From Halostella pelagica (GTDB taxonomy: Archaea; Halobacteriota; Halobacteria; Halobacteriales; Natronoarchaeaceae): a DNA stretch of 32,000 nucleotides. A program made the translations under genes and the position numbers. The notes under the pieces are model-generated. The model worked only from the letters and a program-made list of their open reading frames with translations. It did no database searches and was not told where the DNA came from. Of the stretch, positions 25,069 to 32,000 are shown piece by piece. The stretch covers positions 1 through 32,000 of the forward strand of contig CP040681.1 in the NCBI GenBank assembly GCA_005954745.1. Reading direction: 5' to 3'. Every line of letters begins with the position of its first letter. Positions within the stretch are counted from its first letter, which is position 1.

Positions 25069-26042
25069 GCGGGCGAGATCACGCAGTCGTCACCGGCGGT
25101 GCCGGCTTCGTCGGCAGTCACCTCGTCGACGACCTCGTCGCGGACGACTACCGCGTCACTGCCGTCGATAGCTTCGCCAGCGGCACGCCGGAGAACGTCT
25201 CCCACCACGCGGACGACGACCGCTTCTCTCTCCTCCAGCGGGACGTCCGCGACCCACTGCCCGACTTCGATTCCGTCGATGTCATCTATCATTTCGCGTC
25301 CCGCGCGAGCCCGACTCACTTCGACTCCCACCCCATCGAAATAGCGATGACGAACAGTCTCGGGACGCGACACGTTCTGGAGGCCGCGGTCGAACACGAC
25401 GCCCGCGTCGTCGTCGCCTCGACCAGTGAGGTGTACGGCGACCCCGAAGTCCACCCGCAGCCGGAATCCTACCGCGGCAACGTGAGCCCCCGCGGTCCTC
25501 GCGCCCCCTACGACGAAAGCAAACGGTTCGCAGAGGCTCTCTCGATGGCGTACGTTCGCAAGCACGACGTGGACGCTCGGACCGTTCGCATTTTCAACAC
25601 CTACGGGCCGCGGATGCAACTCGACGACGGTCGAGTGATCCCGAACTTCCTCTCGCAGGCGCTCGCCGGTGACGACCTCACGGTGTACGGCGACGGCGAA
25701 CAGACCCGGAGCTTCTGTTACGTCACCGACCTCGTCGACGGGATCCGCCGTCTCGCTGATCGGCCGGGACTACAGGGTGCAGTGATGAACGTCGGCAACA
25801 CGAACGAGATCACGATACGGGAGCTCGCGACCGTCGTCCGAGACGTGGTCGATACACCGTCCGAAGTGACCTACGAACCGCGACCGACGGACGATCCGGA
25901 TCTCAGGTGCCCCGACGTGTCCACCGCTCGCGAGAGACTCGACTGGGAACCCAAGGTGCCTCTGCGTGCGGGACTCGCCCAGACCGCGGACCACTTCCGC
26001 ACGCGACGACACGAGATAGTCGGGTCCACGCCGGAGGACTGA
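25065..26042 (+). CDS. UDP-glucuronate decarboxylase-like SDR (UDP-xylose synthase family)
   Basis: VTGGAGFVGSHL, STSEVYGDPEVHPQPESYRGNVSPRGPRAPYDESKR, RIFNTYGPRM..DDGRVIPNF and GDGEQTRSFCYV closely follow the UXS pattern. Confidence 0.85.
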   Translation: MSGRDHAVVTGGAGFVGSHLVDDLVADDYRVTAVDSFASGTPENVSHHADDDRFSLLQRDVRDPLPDFDSVDVIYHFASRASPTHFDSHPIEIAMTNSLGTRHVLEAAVEHDARVVVASTSEVYGDPEVHPQPESYRGNVSPRGPRAPYDESKRFAEALSMAYVRKHDVDARTVRIFNTYGPRMQLDDGRVIPNFLSQALAGDDLTVYGDGEQTRSFCYVTDLVDGIRRLADRPGLQGAVMNVGNTNEITIRELATVVRDVVDTPSEVTYEPRPTDDPDLRCPDVSTARERLDWEPKVPLRAGLAQTADHFRTRRHEIVGSTPED

Positions 26043-26064
26043 CCGCTTGGCGTGTAGTCGCAGG

Positions 26065-26073
26065 ATAACTAAT
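26065..26073 (+). promoter_or_regulatory. TATA-like box ATAACTAAT
   Basis: Lies 33 nt upstream of ATG 26098. Confidence 0.4.
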
Positions 26074-26097
26074 ACCGTCGGACGATCTGATTAAATC

Positions 26098-27327
26098 ATG
26101 TTCCGGACAGTACGGGCCTCTCTGGGCGGTGGATCCGCCGGGCAGATGGAGGACCGGCTCCGACATCTGGCGCGTGACCGAGTCTTTCAACCGCTTCTTC
26201 CACACGCCTCGGAGACGATACTCGACGCGCTCTCCGACCGCCTCCTCGAATACGACGAACTCCGTACCGTCGCGGTCGAAGCGGGAACGTACTACCCGTT
26301 CGGCGAGTCCGAGGAACTGGAACTGACCCGCCCCGACACCGACGAACCGCCCCAGGGAAAGATCGCTGACCGCATCGGCACCTTCACTCTCCGGCAACCG
26401 TACGTCTGTGAGCTACCGAACTGCCGTCTGCTGGGCGCGTACCCCGTTCCCATCACTGAGCAAGGCGAGATCCCGGTCGAAGCGGTCGTCCGACCCGCGG
26501 TTCTCGTCCGGAACCTCCTCTGTTCCGGGGCCGACCTCGTGACGAATCCGGGGTCGGCCGTCGAGGGCGTGCGGACCGACGAGTCGCTCGGGACTGCCTG
26601 TCTGCTGTACAACTACTGGAGCAGCGGGTATTTCCACTGGACCTTCGAATCGCTCATCCGCCTCCAGGGCGTCGAACAGTATCAGGAGGCGACCGGCCGC
26701 GACGTGACGCTGGTCCTTGGTTCCGACCCGCCGGAGTGGCAGCGACAGACGCTCGAACTCCTCGGCTACGACGAGGACGACTGGATCACGTGGTCGACTC
26801 CGGACGTCCGGGTCGACAGGCTCGTCGTTCCGACGGTTCGCCGCGAGACGGTCCTCTCGCCGGCGGCCGTCGAGTGGCTTCACGACCGCGTCCGCGAGCG
26901 CGTGCTGTCCGACGCTGTTTCTCCCTCACCGGACGACTACCCGGACCGGATATACGTCTCTCGTGACGACGCCGACCGCCGCCGCGTCGACAACGAGGAC
27001 GAGGTGATGTCGCTTCTCGAAGACCACGGGTTCTCTCGGTTCGTCCTCTCGGACCTCTCCGTCCCCGAGCAGGCGGCGCTGTTTAGCGGTGCCGACGTGA
27101 TCGTCGCTCCACACGGCGCGAACCTTACGAACATGACCTACGCGGACGACGCCACCGTCGTCGAACTGTTCCGCGACGGCGACGTTCGCGGGCAGTACTT
27201 CCAGATCGCCGAGATACTTGACTTCGAATACCGCTTCCACGTCGCTGAGCCGGTCGGACCGGACATGCTCGTCGACCTCGACGACTTGCGTCGCTCGCTC
27301 GACGCGATAGCGGTGTCGTCCCGGTAA
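26098..27327 (+). CDS. GT61 / DUF563-family glycosyltransferase
   Basis: YFHWTFESLIRL ... IYVSR.D...R.V.NEDEV ... VIVAPHGANLTNM match the DUF563 signature blocks. Confidence 0.8.
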   Translation: MFRTVRASLGGGSAGQMEDRLRHLARDRVFQPLLPHASETILDALSDRLLEYDELRTVAVEAGTYYPFGESEELELTRPDTDEPPQGKIADRIGTFTLRQPYVCELPNCRLLGAYPVPITEQGEIPVEAVVRPAVLVRNLLCSGADLVTNPGSAVEGVRTDESLGTACLLYNYWSSGYFHWTFESLIRLQGVEQYQEATGRDVTLVLGSDPPEWQRQTLELLGYDEDDWITWSTPDVRVDRLVVPTVRRETVLSPAAVEWLHDRVRERVLSDAVSPSPDDYPDRIYVSRDDADRRRVDNEDEVMSLLEDHGFSRFVLSDLSVPEQAALFSGADVIVAPHGANLTNMTYADDATVVELFRDGDVRGQYFQIAEILDFEYRFHVAEPVGPDMLVDLDDLRRSLDAIAVSSR

Positions 27328-27391
27328 AGAGCGGGTTCTCGTACAAAGTGTCCTTCTTCGGGGCGAACCCTCGTCCCGCCTCTACCGAAGT

Positions 27392-28921
27392 TCACCGCTC
27401 GGATGGGACGAACCGCCAGATGAAAGGCAACGTGATCCCGAGCGCGTCCTCGATGAGTTCGAGCGGCAGTTTGTCCTCCGGCTGGAGACAGCCCGTGACC
27501 GAGACGAGACCGACCGAGACGATGCCGATCACGGCAGGCACCAGCGGAAGCGTGACGTACGTGAGCGAAACGACTGTCGACGCGGCTATCGCCGCGGGGA
27601 GGACGGTCAGCGGGAGGACGAGAAACGTCCGCTGGACCCACTTCGAGAACGGCGATATCCCGAACAGCCCCCGCAACACCACGTACTGAACGACGTTGAG
27701 CAGGGTGTACGACGCGGCCGAGGCGATCGCGGCACCCAGGAACCCGTACATCGGGATCAACAGGAGGTTGAGGACGATGTTGAGCGTGAACGCGAAGACG
27801 TTCGCGAGCAGGATGTAGTTCGTGTATCCGAGGGCGGAGAGCGTATCCAGACTGCGGCCGTACGCCGCCTGGACGAAAAACCCGGACGACAGGATTATAA
27901 GCGCCAGCGACGCCTGCGCGTACTCCTCGCCGAACACGAGCGTCAGCATATCGCTGGGAAACGCCACGAACGTCACGAACAGCGGAAACGTGACGATGAA
28001 TATCCACTTGGTCGTGACCTTGTAGATCTCGTTTATCTCCTGGGTCTTGTCGTCGACGTCGAGCCTGGACGCAAGCGGCAGGTAGAGGAACCCGAACGAC
28101 GCGAGGATAACCGGAAGGCCGTTCGCGAGCGGGTACGCCGCGCTGTACAGCGCCACCTGATGGGACGATCGGAAAAATCCCAGCATGACCGTGTCCGCCT
28201 TCGTCAGCAACAGCGTCAGGAGCGTAGAGAGAACCAGCGGTGCCGAGAAGGTCAGCATCTCTCGCGTGTGCGTTCTGAACGGACCGAACAGCGGGAACAG
28301 CCGGTTCAACAGGTAGTGGGCGGCGATGAGCGCGCCGATGGCCGCGGCGAGATACGCGTAGCCCGCGGCGACGATGCCGTACCCGGCGTACAGCAACCCG
28401 ACGACGAGGAGGATCCGCATGCCGCGATAGATAATATCGTACGAGTAGGTCCGATAGATCGTGTTCTCGAGTCCCCGGATCGCTCCGACCGTCACCTTCA
28501 GTCCGACGACGAACGGGATCGCGGCCACGAAGACGAGCAGGAGTCCGCGCGACCTCGCCTGGTCGAACAGGAGCTGGTGCGTCTCGTCGAGGAAGACGAC
28601 GAGCGCGGCCGTGAGCAAGAGAGCGAGCGTGATCGCGATGACGAGGCCGGTGATCCACACGCCGCGAACGTCGCGGTCGTCCTCGAAGCGGGAGACGTAT
28701 CGCGCGATCCCCTGGTCGAGTCCGACCAATCCGACCGTCACGCTGATGCTCATGACCGCGATCCCGAGGCTGACCTCGCCGTACGCGTCTGTCGTCAGCA
28801 CTCTGGCAATGAATATGCGTTCGACGAGCTTCGACACCGACCCCAGAACGCTCCCGAAAAACACCAGCGTCGCGCTCGACAACAGTGACGAAAGGTCACT
28901 CTCCTCGACGGACATCGTCAT
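27392..28921 (-). CDS. Wzx-like oligosaccharide flippase (MOP superfamily, polysaccharide biosynthesis protein)
   Basis: About 14 TM helices with the N-terminal pattern LVERIFIARVLTTDAYGEVSLG. Start chosen at ATG 28921, which is 41 nt from a TATA-like box. Alternatives are ATG 28915 and GTG 28966. Confidence 0.85.
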   Translation of the reverse strand: MTMSVEESDLSSLLSSATLVFFGSVLGSVSKLVERIFIARVLTTDAYGEVSLGIAVMSISVTVGLVGLDQGIARYVSRFEDDRDVRGVWITGLVIAITLALLLTAALVVFLDETHQLLFDQARSRGLLLVFVAAIPFVVGLKVTVGAIRGLENTIYRTYSYDIIYRGMRILLVVGLLYAGYGIVAAGYAYLAAAIGALIAAHYLLNRLFPLFGPFRTHTREMLTFSAPLVLSTLLTLLLTKADTVMLGFFRSSHQVALYSAAYPLANGLPVILASFGFLYLPLASRLDVDDKTQEINEIYKVTTKWIFIVTFPLFVTFVAFPSDMLTLVFGEEYAQASLALIILSSGFFVQAAYGRSLDTLSALGYTNYILLANVFAFTLNIVLNLLLIPMYGFLGAAIASAASYTLLNVVQYVVLRGLFGISPFSKWVQRTFLVLPLTVLPAAIAASTVVSLTYVTLPLVPAVIGIVSVGLVSVTGCLQPEDKLPLELIEDALGITLPFIWRFVPSER

Positions 28922-28953
28922 CAGTCGGTGTAGCCGAACTGTTTCCCACGACG

Positions 28954-28962
28954 AGACTATAC
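28954..28962 (-). promoter_or_regulatory. TATA-like GTATAGTCT
   Basis: Starts 41 nt upstream of ATG 28921 on the - strand. Confidence 0.3.
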
Positions 28963-29167
28963 GCACGCCCGGACGAACGACACTGACCGTCGGAGGGCTC
29001 CATTTATCGACTACAGCGCCTCGCCGGGTTTCGTTATACTGTACCTACCGCAGCCGTCGACGCGACGGGATAACGGGCACCCGACTCGGAGGCGACTGCA
29101 CCGCCAATGGACGACAGACGGCCTGCTCCGGAGCGCGTGGCGGGACGCATCAGTAGGGGGTCGAGAG

Positions 29168-29265
29168 CCGGTGACAGAGGATGGAGGTGGGGTTGCGTCA
29201 GCAGGGGAGGAGAGAACCGGTGGTAGAGGGTGGAGGGTGGGTTGCGTCAGCGAGGGAGTTGACTG
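29168..29265. repeat. 2 x 49 bp imperfect G-rich tandem repeat
   Basis: Units at 29168-29216 and 29217-29265 match at 37/49 positions, with a 13-nt identical core GGGTTGCGTCAGC. Intergenic. Confidence 0.8.
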
Positions 29266-29282
29266 CGTAGCTGAGTTAGACC

Positions 29283-29301
29283 GTGTAGACCGTTTCTACA
29301 C
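29283..29301 (-). terminator. 7-bp perfect hairpin GTGTAGA-CCGTT-TCTACAC across the stop codon
   Basis: Inverted repeat spanning the stop (29296-29298) of the 77-aa gene. No T-run follows, so the terminator role is uncertain. Confidence 0.3.
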
Positions 29302-29529
29302 GCTTTCGACGAGGTCGCAGACCGCATCCGGCTCCGCGACGATGAACGCTTCGTCTTTGATCATCTCCTCGTCGTTCGGGAGGAACATGAGCTGTTCCCC
29401 TTCGGCGTTCCGTGCTTCGACCATCTCCCAGTTGTCGAGTTCGTACCCGAGGTCGTCCTCGAGGTCCGGGTCTTCCGCCTTCTGTGCCCACTCCGACCGC
29501 GTGGGGTGCGTTTTTTCGGTGTAGCTCAT
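29296..29529 (-). CDS. small acidic hypothetical protein (77 aa)
   Basis: Strongly acidic haloarchaeal-type composition. The ATG lies 10 nt after the stop of the upstream beta-helix gene, so the two are likely co-transcribed. Confidence 0.6.
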   Translation of the reverse strand: MSYTEKTHPTRSEWAQKAEDPDLEDDLGYELDNWEMVEARNAEGEQLMFLPNDEEMIKDEAFIVAEPDAVCDLVESV

Positions 29530-29539
29530 TGTGGTCCCG

Positions 29540-32000
29540 TTACTGTTCCCCCTCGAAGTCGACCGAGGCGTTCCCGTCGATGTAGAAGGTCTTCACTGAC
29601 CCGTCGAAGGCGTAGCTGTCTTTCTTGCCGGGTTCAACGATACCGGACGCGGTTCCGCTCTCGACGGTGTCCCCGTCGTCGAGCGTCGCGCCGTTGGCCG
29701 TCGATTTTTCGATCGTACCGGTCATGGAGAACTGGTAGGTGGCCTCGGCGTCGCCGGCGTCGACGGTGATCGTGTTCGGGAGCGACGACCCGGTCGCTCC
29801 GAGTTCGGCGGGATCGACTTCCTCGCCGTCCACGATGACCGTCGCGTCGCTGTCGATGTCGAACGACGTGATGTCGCCCGAGAACGCGAAGCTGTCGATG
29901 CCGCCCCAGACGTACCCGCTCGCGGAGCTACCGTCGATCTGGTCGCCGCCGGAGGAGTTGATCCCCCACTGGTCGTCGGACGGTGCGAGGTCACCGCTGA
30001 CGGAGAACTCGTAGTTGGCCTTGCCGGAGTCGCCGTAGATGATGAGAGAACGCTCCGGGTTCGACGCGCCGTCGTCCGATCCGCTCGAACCGAGGTCGTC
30101 GGGGGTGACTTCCTTGCCGTCGAGGACGAGCGTCGCGTCGTTGTCGATCGTGAACGACGTGACTCCGCCTTCGAACTGGTAGCTGTCGATGCCGCCCCAG
30201 ACGTATCCGCTTGCGGTAGTGCCGTCTACCGCGTCGCTGTCGTCGATCGTCGCGTTGTTCGCCGTCGTTTGTTCGAGGTTGCTCTCGACGGAGAACTCGT
30301 AGTTAGCCTCGCCGGCGTCGCCGACGATCGTCAGCGTGTGCTGGTCGGCGTTCGTCGAGTCGCCGTCGTCAGAGGAGGAGTCGTCCTCCGTGCCGAGGCT
30401 GTCCGCGCTGACGTTCTCTCCGTTGAGCGTGATCGTCGCGTCGTTGTCGATGGTGAACGACGATACGTCGCCTTCGAACCCGTAGCTGTCCTTGCCGCCC
30501 CAGACGGACCCGCTCGCGGTGCTCCCGTCGATGAGGTCGTCATCGTCGGTCGTCGCTCCGTTCGCAGTGAGCTTCTGGAGGTCGTCGCTACTGACGGCGA
30601 ACTCGTAGTTGGCCTCGCCCGAGTCACCGTAGATCGTCAGGACGTTTCCTGGAAAGGGTTCGCTATCGTCTCCGGAGGGTGTGTCCTCGTATTCGCCGCT
30701 GGTCGTGTTCTCGATGTTCGGGGCCGGACAGGAGTCCCCGTTGGTGATGTTGCTGGTGTCGGCGCTCGAACTCTGGAGGTCGACCGCTTGACCGCTGACG
30801 TTGATGTTCGTATCGGCGATCTCGCAGTTGTCCGCGTCGAGGATCTGCACGCCAGTCCGGTTCGAACCCTTCTGCTGGATGCAGGAGTTTCGAACTTCGG
30901 ACCCGTCGCCGCCCATTAGCTGCACTGCGGCACCGCCGTTCGCGTTCCCGGTGACCTGCACGTTCTCCATCCGCGTCCAGTGCGGTTCGGGGGGCGTATC
31001 CTGGTCTTTCCGCCACGGGATGTTGCCGGGACGGTCCCGCCGGATCGCGGGGGTGCCGTCTACGTCACACCGCACGCGCGTGTTCTTGATGAGGAGGCTC
31101 CGTCCCTGCGGGCCGTGTTCGATGACGGACTGGAGGAGCGGCGACGACTTCGCCCACAAGTCGCAGTCCCGGACTTCCGCACCGGCGGGGATCCGCCAGT
31201 CGCTCGTCTGCGACATCTTTGCCTGCTCGACGATAATGCCGCGCGGGTTGAAACTGCCCGTCGAGATGGGGCGCGGGCCGGTGTAGTTGTCCACGTCGGT
31301 GACTATCTCGCAGTTCTCGACGTAGCTACCGTCGCCGCTGATCCGAACGCCGCAGACGTTGTTGTTCTCGAAGTAACTGTCCTCGACCTGGACCTTCATC
31401 TTCGTCCTGCTCGCGTAGATGCCGTTGTTACCGAACTCTCTGAAGTCGAGGTTCTGACATTTAAGTGTACCCTGACCGACAGCACCCCAGATCCCGACGC
31501 GGCCGTTGCCGCCCTTGTATTTCCCGATCCGGGAGCCCTTTTTCGCAGTGATGTTCCGAATGACTCCGACGCCGTCCGCGTTTCGGACGCCGGCGAGGAA
31601 CGCGTACGCCGTTCGAGATCCGCTGTGCATTCCGCGTCCGATTATCTCCATGTCTTCGATGTGGAACCGGTTGTCCACGACGAAGCGAATACTACACGTC
31701 GTGTTGTCCGCGCGCAGGTCGATGTCGATGCCCTCGACGAGCAGGTTGTCGCTGCTACCTCGGAGCCCGGTGTCGAGTAAGGGGTTGTTAAACCCGTTCG
31801 GCGGACGGAACTTCACGTCGCCTTCGCCGACGAAGCCGACTCGGTCCGGCATGTCGTACGAACCGCCGAACTGGTAGGTTCCCTCTGGGAAGCGAACGAG
31901 CGTTCCGGACTGGACCTTGTTTGCGAGCGTTCCCTCGACGTTCCCGTTTCCGTTGGGGTCGAGACCCAGGTCGTCGACGGCGTCGACGACGCGGTCGAAC
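29540..32000 (-). CDS. right-handed parallel beta-helix (pectate-lyase fold) protein with four C-terminal tandem modules; N-terminus lies beyond the window
   Basis: The frame stays open from 31852 to 32000 and reads ...TLVRFPEGTYQFGGSYDMPDRVGF. PbH1-like repeats are present (NNGIYASR, NNNVCGVRISGDGSYVENCEI). It ends with four repeated modules. Confidence 0.85.
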   Translation of the reverse strand, partial: FDRVVDAVDDLGLDPNGNGNVEGTLANKVQSGTLVRFPEGTYQFGGSYDMPDRVGFVGEGDVKFRPPNGFNNPLLDTGLRGSSDNLLVEGIDIDLRADNTTCSIRFVVDNRFHIEDMEIIGRGMHSGSRTAYAFLAGVRNADGVGVIRNITAKKGSRIGKYKGGNGRVGIWGAVGQGTLKCQNLDFREFGNNGIYASRTKMKVQVEDSYFENNNVCGVRISGDGSYVENCEIVTDVDNYTGPRPISTGSFNPRGIIVEQAKMSQTSDWRIPAGAEVRDCDLWAKSSPLLQSVIEHGPQGRSLLIKNTRVRCDVDGTPAIRRDRPGNIPWRKDQDTPPEPHWTRMENVQVTGNANGGAAVQLMGGDGSEVRNSCIQQKGSNRTGVQILDADNCEIADTNINVSGQAVDLQSSSADTSNITNGDSCPAPNIENTTSGEYEDTPSGDDSEPFPGNVLTIYGDSGEANYEFAVSSDDLQKLTANGATTDDDDLIDGSTASGSVWGGKDSYGFEGDVSSFTIDNDATITLNGENVSADSLGTEDDSSSDDGDSTNADQHTLTIVGDAGEANYEFSVESNLEQTTANNATIDDSDAVDGTTASGYVWGGIDSYQFEGGVTSFTIDNDATLVLDGKEVTPDDLGSSGSDDGASNPERSLIIYGDSGKANYEFSVSGDLAPSDDQWGINSSGGDQIDGSSASGYVWGGIDSFAFSGDITSFDIDSDATVIVDGEEVDPAELGATGSSLPNTITVDAGDAEATYQFSMTGTIEKSTANGATLDDGDTVESGTASGIVEPGKKDSYAFDGSVKTFYIDGNASVDFEGEQ
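29543..30640 (-). repeat. four tandem coding repeats (~78-101 aa each)
   Basis: Units at 30338-30640, 30047-30337, 29777-30046 and 29543-29776. Consensus: L-x-I-x-G-D-x-G-x-A-x-Y-x-F ... ASG-Y-VWGG-x-DS-Y-x-F-x-G ... F-x-I-D. A 24-nt identical stretch GCTGTCGATGCCGCCCCAGACGTA occurs at 29891-29914 and 30182-30205. Confidence 0.85.

Noticed and set aside
24669-25619. 316-aa antisense ORF across the nucleotidyltransferase/SDR junction
   Set aside because: It has no recognisable motifs, is antisense to two well-supported genes, and its composition is not halophile-like.
27328-27391. Possible bidirectional terminator between the convergent GT61 and flippase genes (GGGTTC ... GAACCC)
   Set aside because: It is only a 6-bp stem with a 27-nt loop and has no flanking T-runs, which is too weak to call.
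27138-28658. 506-aa ORF on the - strand overlapping the flippase gene
   Set aside because: It is in a different frame of the same strand as a clearly membrane-type ORF. Its composition is extremely Arg/Pro/His-rich with no acidic bias, which is typical of a GC-rich shadow ORF.
1-32000. Search for CRISPR arrays, IS elements, integrases, toxin-antitoxin or other defence modules, tRNA/rRNA genes
   Set aside because: None could be supported. There are no repeat-spacer arrays, terminal inverted repeats or transposase/integrase-like ORFs. Every long ORF with credible composition fits glycan biosynthesis or surface functions.

Overview
GC-rich archaeal sequence with the hallmarks of a halophilic euryarchaeon: very acidic predicted proteins, a PGF-CTERM-like anchor, DUF1616- and DUF354-type genes, and many long Arg/Pro-rich shadow ORFs in wrong frames. 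The whole window reads as one cell-surface glycan biosynthesis island (N-glycosylation or exopolysaccharide type). I call 26 protein-coding genes. By eye I found no rRNA, tRNA, CRISPR array, transposase or integrase, and no AglB-type oligosaccharyltransferase (no WWDYG motif). The core is eight translationally coupled + strand genes (6451-14474). They encode a Wbp-type route to a 2,3-diacetamido hexuronic acid (acetyltransferase, aminotransferase, oxidoreductase, 6-dehydrogenase, 2-epimerase), a membrane GT2, a CE4-like deacetylase and a FemAB/GNAT-like transferase. A second FemAB-like paralogue of identical length (334 aa) sits at 2445-3449. Other genes are listed below.
- Sugar activation and transfer: a nucleotidyltransferase, a UDP-glucuronate decarboxylase-like SDR and a GT61/DUF563 transferase (predicted pentose branch), plus a GT4 and a DUF354 protein.
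- Membrane and export: a Wzx-like flippase, a 618-aa polytopic membrane protein (polymerase or GT-C candidate), DUF1616 and a YdjM-like membrane hydrolase.
- Other enzymes and regulators: an alpha/alpha-toroid-like protein, two alkaline-phosphatase-superfamily proteins, a membrane-tethered wHTH regulator and a small zinc-finger protein.
- Surface proteins: a secreted PKD/CARDB protein with a PGF-CTERM-like tail, and a 5'-truncated parallel beta-helix protein carrying four tandem ~80-100 aa acidic modules.

Non-coding signals:
- A recurrent WTWACAAWG box lies 33-45 nt upstream of most first start codons.
- Three short upstream ORFs overlap the starts of the downstream genes.
- There are a 3 x 27 bp tandem repeat and a 2 x 49 bp G-rich tandem repeat.
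- There are shared 10-mers in the two divergent intergenic regions.

All product calls rest on motif recognition by eye. No database search was run.
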